Made by a program: the position numbers and the translations under genes. The notes beneath the pieces were generated by a model. It was not told the DNA's origin, ran no database searches, and saw only the letters and a program-made list of their open reading frames with translations. From assembly GCA_051294375.1 (NCBI GenBank), contig CM119263.1:27294459-27314744 (forward strand): 20,286 nucleotides of DNA, written 5' to 3'. Source of the DNA: Paraspadella gotoi (Eukaryota > Animalia > Chaetognatha). Each line of letters starts with the position of its first letter. Positions within the stretch are counted from its first letter, which is position 1. Of the stretch, positions 11,590-20,286 are shown piece after piece.

Positions 11590-11637
11590 CTGAAAACACA
11601 ACAATAACAATACAAGAAATATTTAGGTTCCACCTAC
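11590..11637 (-). other. 48-nt canonical GT-AG intron
   Basis: GAG|GTAGGT...tgttttcag|CC, AT-rich between two GC-richer exon-like blocks. Confidence 0.7.
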
Positions 11638-13291
11638 CTCAATGGTGACATCAGATTTTCCGGAGGGTAAGGCGTGGCATCCGTTGGCGCTCCATTTGGA
11701 CTGGGATACCCTTTCCAGCTTATGTGTGGTGCATATCGGACCGACCCTTTCCGTTGTCTGACACCTTGGCTCCAGCAGACAGTGGGTGGAGAAAAGTGGT
11801 TTCCGACCTCTGTCGGAGGATAGAGTGCCGAAATGTACGCTTAACTCAGCTAAAAAACATAAACCCATTAACAATCACCCCCTCGTCTCCCGCTCGGCCG
11901 GGGTGAAAGGCCGCCTCGCTCCCTTCCACCCCTTAACAATCACCGCCCCCTCTCGCCTCGGCCGGGGTAAAGGCCCTCGGCCCTTCCCCCCCTAGAGCAT
12001 CACCCCCCCTCGGCCCTTCGGTTCCCCGGGTAACGGCCCCTCGGACCCCTTCCCTCCCTTAACACACCCCTCTCCCCTCGGCCGGGGTAACCCAGGCCCC
12101 TGGCCCCTCCCCCCCTTGTGTACACCTCCCCTCTCCCTGCACCGCCGGGGTAAAGGCCAACTCTGGCCCCTTCCCCCTTACATGCATCCCCCCCTCTCGC
12201 CTCGGCCGGGGGTAACGCCACACGCTCGGCTTGAGAAGAAGCAGCATGAGTCGAAGTCGACGACGGGAAGAGGAAGAACTNNNNNNNNNNNNNNNNNNNN
12301 NNNNNTTGGGTTTGATTGGAATGCCGAAGGAGACATGGCATGGAAGGGGGAGAAGTAGAATGGCATGGAATAGGGAGATGAGGGTGGCAGGGAAGAAGGA
12401 GACTGTCAGGGTAGGCGTGCAATGGAAACAAGTGGGGTGACAGGGAATGGGGTGAAGTTGAGTGGCGTGAGACGGGTAGGGAATGGGGAGAAGGACAAGG
12501 TGACATGGAGTAAGGCGAGGTGAGAATTTCATGAAAAGGAAAGGTTGAAAACTGGCGCTGAGGACAGCGGAATGCTGTCGATGCTTTGAAAACCCGATGG
12601 GTAAGGAGAAATGTCCCAGTTGATAAAGGATTTACTGCTCGGTGCTTGGATTCTTTTTTGTGTTGAGTTCGACATAAGTTCTGACAGGAATGTCAACCTC
12701 GAGTCTCGACAGGACGAGTCAACTGTCAAGTGACCCGAGAGGAAAATGAAATTTTCTTCTTTTTTTCATCTTGAAATGAGAAAAGGAAGGAATCGTTTTT
12801 TGTTGAGATCAGTTCTTCAATCTTCAGGTAATAAACACGCAATAAAATTCTTTATTTTTATTGCTCTTCGTCTATTTTCTTTTCTTTCCCATTTATTTTT
12901 TTCTTTCCAATTTTTACTTCTAAACCTTCGAATCCATGAAGCAATTTTTTTTAACGAAAACTAGATTGTTTTTTTACTAGTATATTTCATTTTTAATCTA
13001 TTTCAAAATCAGAAGACAGCCCCTCACCAACCCAAGATCCTTGCGCCATTTTGAATGTCGATCGACGCGTCGGGCGAATCTTCATCATTTTTATGTTTTT
13101 AATCAACTCGATTCGCTTTTTTTCTTCGCGTTTTTTGTGTTTTTTTGTTTTGCAAATGACATTCGATGCGCATCTGTTTTTAGGCGATGATATGTTTTGG
13201 TCGTCGTCGTTGTTGTTGTCGTCGTCGTCGTCGTTGTCGTCGTCGTCGCCATCCTTTTCTTGTCCTAGTTGTTTCTGCGTCATTTGATTGA
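11638..13291 (-). CDS. Gene A, very large low-complexity exon or exon group: acidic tract, Lys/Arg-rich segment, Ser/Pro/His-rich segment, 20-aa repeat
   Basis: Consecutive minus-strand ORF pieces NQMTQKQLGQEKDGDDDDNDD..., TKKHKKREEKKRIELIKNIK..., TVDSSCRDSRLTFLSELMSNSTQKR..., SPCPSPHSLPVSRHSTSPHSLSP... and QAERVALPPAE..., ending at the donor at 11637. Several frameshifts are needed. Confidence 0.45.
11868..12219 (-). repeat. Same ~60-bp minisatellite, about 6 units
   Basis: Recurring ctcggccggggtaa and cccttcccc blocks on the plus strand, with the same right flank as 7170-8100. Confidence 0.9.
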
Positions 13292-13339
13292 CCGAAGAAT
13301 CGACGACGACAACGACGACGACGACGACGACCAGAATAC

Positions 13340-13878
13340 GCGAGAAACGCGCGTCGGTTGGCATCTGTTGCATGCGCCGGGGCCATCGAGCGGGTGCCGG
13401 TGCCGGGCGAGAAGGCGGGCGCGAGGGCGTCCGAGTCGGGGGCCGGGCGAAGGGCCGGACACTCGGCGGCCATTTTCGCTCTCAGGGAAAATTAAATTCT
13501 CTCGGAATGCGAAGTTGGATGATTGAGAAAAGAAGAGAAACGAGAGAAAAACGAGAAAATGGTTTCCATGACGACGATGAGTCGCGAAAATGCTTTTCTT
13601 TCTTTTTGGTTTCGTTTTGTTTCGTTTTGTTTCACTTTAGAGAGTCATGGGGTTTTGAATGTTTGGAAAATTCTCAGGCCTTACCTCGAAAAAAACATAT
13701 AACCTGGTATATATATGTTTTGTATACATGTTATCATTTTGACTTAATTTGTTTGTTTGCGTCTTCTTCACGCTTTACGACCCAATCCAATATCGACTCA
13801 CATCACAGATCGATCCGAGCAAAGAAAAATGACCGGACAAAAGTATCGAACAATGAGAGCATGAGAGAAAAAGAGAGA

Positions 13879-13910
<32 letters not shown>

Positions 13911-14221
13911 CTGATTGAGAGAGAATGANNNNNNNNNNNNNNNNNNNNNNNNNNNNNNNNNNNNNNNNNNNNNNNNNNNNNNNNNNNNNNNNNNNNNNNN
14001 NNNNNNNNNNNNNNNNNNNNNNNNNNNNNNNNNNNNNNNNNNNNNNNNNNNNNNNNNNNNNNNNNNNNNNNNNNNNNNNNNNNNNNNNNNNNNNNNNNNN
14101 NNNNNNNNNNNNNNNNNGCGTCGTCATCCTCTCTAAGATGGCGCCGTTCCATCAAAGGATGGCGCCATTCCATCAGGGAAGATTGTAACGGCGCCGGGCG
14201 AAATCGTTACATTCTTCCGCG
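13340..14221 (-). CDS. Gene A, three candidate exons (~13340-13500, ~13730-13814, 14118-14221); duplicates at ~9310-9510, ~9800-9889, ~10150-10347
   Basis: Consensus of the two copies gives ARKNVTISPGAVTIFPDGMAPSFDGTAPSREDDD, SICDVKSILDWVVKREEDANKQIKSK and ENGRRVSGPS...MQQMPTDARFS, the last ending at a GTAT donor (13339). Confidence 0.4.
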
Positions 14222-15163
14222 CCGGTAAATGAGGAGGAGGGGAATGAGTAGGGAGGGAGGAGAGGAAGGAGAGAGAAGTAAAAGAAGGTGAGAGAAGATG
14301 GAACAATAGAAAAGAAAAGAGAAAAAGAGAGGTAAAAGAGGGTTGAGGATGAGAAAAGATGGAACTATAGAAAAGAAAAGGAAAAAAAGAAATTCAGAAA
14401 GAAAAGGGAAAAAAATTGGGAAAAAAAAGGAAAATAAAGAGGAAAGGAAATCAGGTGCGAAATGAATCAGAGGCAGAATACCGCAATGCCACAAAAACAA
14501 GAGAGAAGATAGGTGAAGAAAAGAAAAGTAAAGAAAAAAGAAAAGAATTAAAGAGAAGAAGAGACAAGCTCGAGATTCCATCACCGGGACNNNNNNNNNN
14601 NNNNNNNNNNNNNNNNNNNNNNNNNNNNNNNNNNNNNNNNNNNNNNNNNNNNNNNNNNNNNNNNNNNNNNNNNNNNNNNNNNNNNNNNNNNNNNNNNNNN
14701 NNNNNNNNNNNNNNNNNNNNNNNNNNNNNNNNNNNNNNNNNNNNNNNNNNNNNNNNNNNNNNNNNNAAGAACATTGGGTGAATCTCGGATGTGATTCGGT
14801 TAGAAACAATCATTCGATGTCCGCGTGAACGAAAGATAAGGTCGCAAAATCCGATGGAGGATAGAAAAGTAACGGGTGGGTTTGGGCTTTGGGGCGAGAA
14901 TGAGTATCGAGGTAGTTGAGCTCGATTCTGTTTAAAATAAGAAAACGTTTTTATTATTTACGAAAAGCCTTAAAGATACCAATTAAAGAAAAAGAAGTAA
15001 AAATGCAGGAAATGACGTAGAATGACGCGAAATGAAAGGAAATGAAGCGCTCCTCTTCCATCCCGATTCCACCAAGAGAGAGATAAGGTTTGATCCCCAA
15101 CCGTAAGCCCTAAACCCTAAAACGTCGCAAATTGTCACGAACAGAGTGAAAACATCCATGCAC

Positions 15164-15308
15164 CGAAGTCGCTTGACATTTCCGGATGTTATTTAAGGAC
15201 GGTTGCTGCCTCCTGTTGCTTTCGTTGGCTCCCTGCAAAGCCAATTGCTCGCTATCCGCGATTTATTTCTCCTTGCGACCTCGTCCTTCATTCTGTCAAG
15301 CTCGCGCA
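15164..15308 (-). CDS. Gene A, candidate exon
   Basis: gcgtcag| acceptor, then (V)RELDRMKDEVARRNK... and, with one indel, ...QLALQGANESNRRQQPSLNNIRKCQATS, then a GTGCAT donor. Confidence 0.35.
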
Positions 15309-17423
15309 CTGACGCAANNNNNNNNNNNNNNNNNNNNNNNNNAGAATTGGTAAACGAATGTAATTTGAAAAAGAAATTTTTTGTTCAAATAAATAGGTGA
15401 ATAAAATTCTTCCATTAATTTAATTTACATTTTACATTTTTTGATTTTGTTGACTTTATATCGAGGGCGAAAAAAAAATTCTTCCTTAATCTGTATACTA
15501 CACATAGCCTTTTAACAAAAATAAAAAAATCAACAAACAAAAACACTCGTGATTGAGAATTTAGAAATCGACATTCATAAGGCGGTTGACTTGAAGCGAG
15601 CGTCAAAAATTTTTTAGAGCATCAGATAAATTAAAAATTTATGGACTTTTTTAAAATTCAAAGAAGGAGTGAAGATCCTGTTTATTATTATTAGTAAGAA
15701 AGAAAAAAAAAATTCAAATGCCCGCTAAGAGATTGTTTTGTCCCTCTGTTCAAACGCTGGTCGCAAAACGTTACCTTATTTGGAAGTATTTTTAGAATTA
15801 TTTACTTTACAAATGTAAACCAAATTTTCTATCTCTCGCCTTAAAAAATGAATGCCACTTTGTACAATTAGCCAATTCGATTCNNNNNNNNNNNNNNNNN
15901 NNNNNNNNNNNNNNNNNNNNNNNNNNNNNNNNNNNNNNNNNNNNNNNNNNNNNNNNNNNNNNNNNNNNNNNNNNNNNNNNNNNNNNNNNNNNNNNNNNNN
16001 NNNNNNNNNNNNNNNNNNNNNNNNNNNNNNNNNNNNNNNNNNNNNNNNNNNNNNNNNNNNNNNNNNNNNNNNNNNNNNNNNNNNNNNNNNNNNNNNNNNN
16101 NNNNNNNNNNNNNNNNNNNNNNNNNNNNNNNNNNNNNNNNNNNNNNNNNNNNNNNNNNNNNNNNNNNNNNNNNNNNNNNNNNNNNNNNNNNNNNNNNNNN
16201 NNNNNNNNNNNNNNNNNNNNNNNNNNNNNNNNNNNNNNNNNNNNNNNNNNNNNNNNNNNNNNNNNNNNNNNNNNNNNNNNNNNNNNNNNNNNNNNNNNNN
16301 NNNNNNNNNNNNNNNNNNNNNNNNNNNNNNNNNNNNNNNNNNNNNNNNNNNNNNNNNNNNNNNNNNNNNNNNNNNNNNNNNNNNNNNNNNNNNNNNNNNN
16401 NNNNNNNNNNNNNNNNNNNNNNNNNNNNNNNNNNNNNNNNNNNNNNNNNNNNNNNNNNNNNNNNNNNNNNNNNNNNNNNNNNNNNNNNNNNNNNNNNNNN
16501 NNNNNNNNNNNNNNNNNNNNNNNNNNNNNNNNNNNNNNNNNNNNNNNNNNNNNNNNNNNNNNNNNNNNNNNNNNNNNNNNNNNNNNNNNNNNNNNNNNNN
16601 NNNNNNNNNNNNNNNNNNNNNNNNNNNNNNNNNNNNNNNNNNNNNNNNNNNNNNNNNNNNNNNNNNNNNNNNNNNNNNNNNNNNNNNNNNNNNNNNNNNN
16701 NNNNNNNNNNNNNNNNNNNNNNNNNNNNNNNNNNNNNNNNNNNNNNNNNNNNNNNNNNNNNNNNNNNNNNNNNNNNNNNNNNNNNNNNNNNNNNNNNNNN
16801 NNNNNNNNNNNNNNNNNNNNNNNNNNNNNNNNNNNNNNNNNNNNNNNNNNNNNNNNNNNNNNNNNNNNNNNGTCGCTGCCTCACAGAACTCACTTAAGAG
16901 CCTCTCACCATTCCCTCACCGCCTCACCATTCGCTCGTTATTCACCGTTGATGCTTGGCTACTGCCTCCCGAAAACCAATACATTCTTATTATCTACAAT
17001 TGTTACAAAGCAACTATTCTGTCTTTCCTACTCTTCGTATTCGATTCATATTCAGATTTTATTCATATCCACTTACCCACCACAATCCAAAACCAATCTC
17101 CAGACCCCTTACCAGTCGCCNNNNNNNNNNNNNNNNNNNNNNNNNNNNNNNNNNNNNNNNNNNNNNNNNNNNNNNNNNNNNNNNNNNNNNNNNNNNNNNN
17201 NNNNNNNNNNNNNNNNNNNNNNNNNNNNNNNNNNNNNNNNNNNNNNNNNNNNNNNNNNNNNNNNNNNNNNNNNNNNNNNNNNNNNNNNNNNNNNNNNNNN
17301 NNNNNNNNNNNNNNNNNNNNNNNNNNNNNNNNNNNNNNNNNNNNNNNNNNNNNNNNNNNNNNNNNNNNNNNNNNNNNNNNNNNNNNNNNNNNNNNNNNNN
17401 NNNNNNNNNNNNNNNNNNNNNNN

Positions 17424-17457
<34 letters not shown>

Positions 17458-17487
17458 TCAAGGCTAAACCAAGAAAAATCATCTTAC

Positions 17488-17590
17488 TTCTTGGACTTCC
17501 GTTGTCTTCTGGCGAATTCGGGCGGACCTCATAAAATGGCGGCGCGTATGTTCTTTTCATGATCGGATACCATTTTCATTTTTCAAGATT
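17488..17590 (-). CDS. Gene A, candidate exon
   Basis: Strong sites tctttcccgacag| and AA|GTAAGA. Reads NLEK.MKMVSDHEKNIRAAIL*GPPEFARRQRKSK, requiring correction of errors. Confidence 0.5.
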
Positions 17591-17872
17591 CTGTCGGGAA
17601 AGATGAGACGATGTTTGCGTTGATGTATTCGATCCACCTTCTTTGTCTATCTTTCTTTTTTTAATTATTTTCTTTCTGTCTTTCTTTTTTATGACTTTCT
17701 TTCTTTTTTATTTCTTTTTCTATCTTTCCTTCATTCTTTCTTTCTTTCTTTCTTTCTTTTTTTAGTTATTTCTTTCTTTTCTTCTTTCTTTCTTCCTTTG
17801 ACTTTCCTCTTCCCTCATCTTCTTCATCCTCCCGTACTCCACACATCCTCCACATCCATAATCCACACCCAC

Positions 17873-18200
17873 TAATGATCCCATTTCCGTCCCATAGAAC
17901 TCCTCTTTCGACTCAAAAACGTTTCTCTCTTTTTTGATGAATTTCGACGAAACGACGTCCATTTTTTGCGTAACGTCTTTTTCTTTCTGTGGGCGTGGCC
18001 AGTGAGGGACTTCTGGCGATGACGCTGGCGGCGTTGGCGGCGCGGGTGGCGTTGGTGGCGAAAATTGGAACCCTCGTCGCATAAAAGACAAACTGACCGA
18101 CTGACCGACTGTCTTCAATGGCGTAGGTGGCGGCAGAATTCAGCATTGAGACGCATCGGTTGTTGATACACAACAACGGTTTAACTTAAGCCATGGGACA
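17873..18200 (-). CDS. Gene A, candidate Pro-rich exon
   Basis: Open frame ILPPPTPLKTVGQSVSLSFMRRGFQFSPPTPPAPPTPPASSPEVPHWPRPQKEKDVTQKMDVVSSKFIKKERNVFESKEEFYGTEMGSL ending at a phase-0 GTGGGT donor (17872). The 5' boundary is uncertain. Confidence 0.55.
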
Positions 18201-18248
18201 TGAAGAGATAATGAAGCATGGATGATGATGCGAAGTTAAAATTCGATT

Positions 18249-18401
18249 TTAAAGCGATATTAAAGCGATGTTAAAGCAATGATAAAGCGATGTTAAAGCG
18301 ATGATAAAGCGAGGATAAAGCGATGTTAANNNNNNNNNNAAGCGATGATAAAGCGATGTTAAAGCAATGATAAAGCGATGATAAAGCGATGTTAAAGCGA
18401 T
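18249..18401 (+). repeat. 11-bp minisatellite TAAAGCGATG(A/T), about 13-14 units, interrupted by 10 N
   Basis: Directly visible. Confidence 0.95.
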
Positions 18402-18823
18402 TTTTGAAGAAATGCGATGATAAACGAGGATAATCTCTCGTCGCACGAAACCCCGATTGAAACTCGAGAAAATGAAAACTCGATGAAAGAACTCGGTTGA
18501 CGTTTTGAGGGGAGGAAAGTGGTGTGAAATGATAGGGAGGGGGAAGTGATAAGGGGAAGGGGAACATGATAAGGGATGGAGGAAATGATGGGGCTGGGGA
18601 AATGTTTGGTGGGACTGTATAGGTTGTGACGGACATATGATATTATAACGATATATAGAGCGATGTTGATGCTGAGGATTGGATGTGGCGTACGACCCAA
18701 TGCCACGACGACGATTATAAGGACGACGGAGACGGCGAAGACGACGATAAGAATAACGTTGATGACGACAACAACAATCTTGAGAAAGAAAAAAAAGTGA
18801 TTAAAACAAAAACGTGTACGTAC

Positions 18824-19035
18824 ATCGAGCTGAAGATTTTGTCATTAAATAAAGAAATATCACCGATTTGATTCATCTTATATGTTTCTTCCATTTTACA
18901 GAATAGAACTGTCATAGAGACTCCTAACAAAAGCATTTTAGTCGCTATGAAAATGTCGACGATGAAATACACAAATGCGGTGAAGACGTCAAAAACGTGA
19001 CATTTTATGGCGCCGAAGGATAAAGTTTCAAGAAA
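18824..19035 (-). CDS. Possible exon with hydrophobic translation
   Basis: About 70 open codons (ETLSFGAIKCHVFDVFTAFVYFIVDIFIATKMLLLGVSMTVLFCKMEETYKMNQIGDISLFNDKIFSS) between a pyrimidine tract and a GTACGT donor. Strand is ambiguous. Confidence 0.25.
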
Positions 19036-19175
19036 TTATCAAGAAAAAAGGAGAAAAAGTGAAAATGATGAGATAAGAATCGTCAAAGGGAGAGAGAGAA
19101 GAAAATTGTATCCTTAGCGGGGAAAAGGGAAGGAAAAAAGATAAGATAAGAAAGAAAGGAAATAGAGGGGGAAAA

Positions 19176-19192
19176 GAGAGAGAAGAGAGAGA

Positions 19193-19270
<78 letters not shown>

Positions 19271-19347
19271 GAAATAAAATTCAAATATTGACTTTTGCAG
19301 AAAAGGAGAAATCAGTCGTGTCTCGCGGAGGTCCGGAGCGACCCAGA

Positions 19348-19428
<81 letters not shown>
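19176..19428 (+). repeat. Two long (GA)n microsatellites (~19176-19270 and ~19348-19428)
   Basis: Directly visible. Confidence 0.97.
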
Positions 19429-19432
<4 letters not shown>

Positions 19433-19435
19433 AAC

Positions 19436-19533
19436 CAGCACGCCCTTTTTTCAAATGGAAGGATTTCGTGCTCGTCTTCCCCAACATCTTCGTCCAGTGG
19501 GATTCGAAGGCTCAGAGGCTCAAGGCTCTCGTC
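19436..19533 (-). CDS. Gene A, candidate acidic exon
   Basis: gttattttcgag|GAC, then open frame DESLEPLSLRIPLDEDVGEDEHEILPFEKRAC. Donor uncertain. Confidence 0.4.
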
Positions 19534-20286
19534 CTCGAAAATAACAACAACGACGATAACGACAACAACAGAAACTTTAGCGGATGCAGGACAATGCTGA
19601 ACATTACAAGATCCTATAATTTAATATCATTTATAAGTTATAACATTAGTTAGCCTATTACAATTTCGTGATGAAATTGGATACTATGGCGTTACGTTGT
19701 CATTTTTACAATATTGTTTAGCATTTTATTCCTAGCTGGTAAACTCCCCAAAAAATTAGTAACAGAAATGCCCATAAAAACAAAAATAAAATAAAAACTA
19801 CGCAAATATACAAAATCGAAGGTTTTAAGGAAATGACCAAGTTATGACCACGCGACGTCAAAGAACAAAACGGTCCTTTCCTTTCCTTTCTCTCCTTTCC
19901 TTTTTTTCTTTCCTTTCTCCTTCCGTGTTTCGCTCTTCCTCCTTTTCTTTCGACTGAGTCTGATGTGGAAATAAATCTTGTCTCTGCCGGAATAAAGAAA
20001 AAAAAGAAAAGAAAAAAAAAGAGAAGAAGAGAAAAGAGAAGAAAAGAAAAGAAAAGAAAAATAAAGGAAGAGAAAAGACGTGTCCTTCTGTCGAAAAGGA
20101 AATCATGAAATTCGCTCTTGAGTAGAAGAAGAGAGAGAAAAAAAATCTAGGTCGATTGTAATAAAGGCAAGGAGAGTCCGTGGACGGGTGAGTTAGAAGA
20201 AAGGTGGGGTAAGCGGAGATGCGAGGTGCGAAAAAGAAAAAGGGAGATCGGGTAAGTGAGAGGAAAGAGATAAAAATAAGTTAAAA

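Larger units (their letters stand above)
10917..14590 (+). repeat. Copy 2 of the direct duplication (cleaner copy)
   Basis: Begins immediately after a 25-N gap with the terminus of the ~375-bp tandem repeat and ends at an N gap. Colinear with copy 1. Confidence 0.95.

Noticed and set aside
15108-15122. Telomere-like ccctaaaccctaaa
   Set aside because: Only two units, which is expected by chance.
5250-15480. Shared gagggcgaaaaaaaa motif at ~5250 and ~15463
   Set aside because: A short, A-run dominated match whose flanks do not align convincingly by eye.
15852-17560. Long ORFs (560, 341 and ~170 aa) in the ORF track
   Set aside because: They consist mostly of translated N runs.

Overview
Eukaryotic genomic DNA with spliceosomal-type introns, microsatellite-rich and CpG-rich, from a noisy, gap-filled draft assembly (five exactly 25-N gaps, five other gaps, many apparent indel errors). 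No prokaryotic gene, RNA gene or CRISPR array is visible, and most ORFs in the supplied track are microsatellite or N-run artefacts. The window is best explained as two intron-rich, minus-strand genes of unrecognised family. Gene A has candidate exons from ~19.5 kb down to ~2.6 kb. Gene B starts at ~2.05 kb, directly downstream of an RFX X-box plus four half-sites, and runs off the left edge. About 3.7 kb of gene A is present twice (~7015-10710 and 10917-14590), probably as a false or haplotypic duplication. It contains a GC-rich 60-bp minisatellite that probably encodes a 20-aa repeat. The most unusual signal, which is a hypothesis only, is that many pyrimidine tracts preceding exon-like sequence end in CGG or CAA instead of CAG, in three cases identically in both duplicate copies. 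All exon boundaries and frames are approximate.
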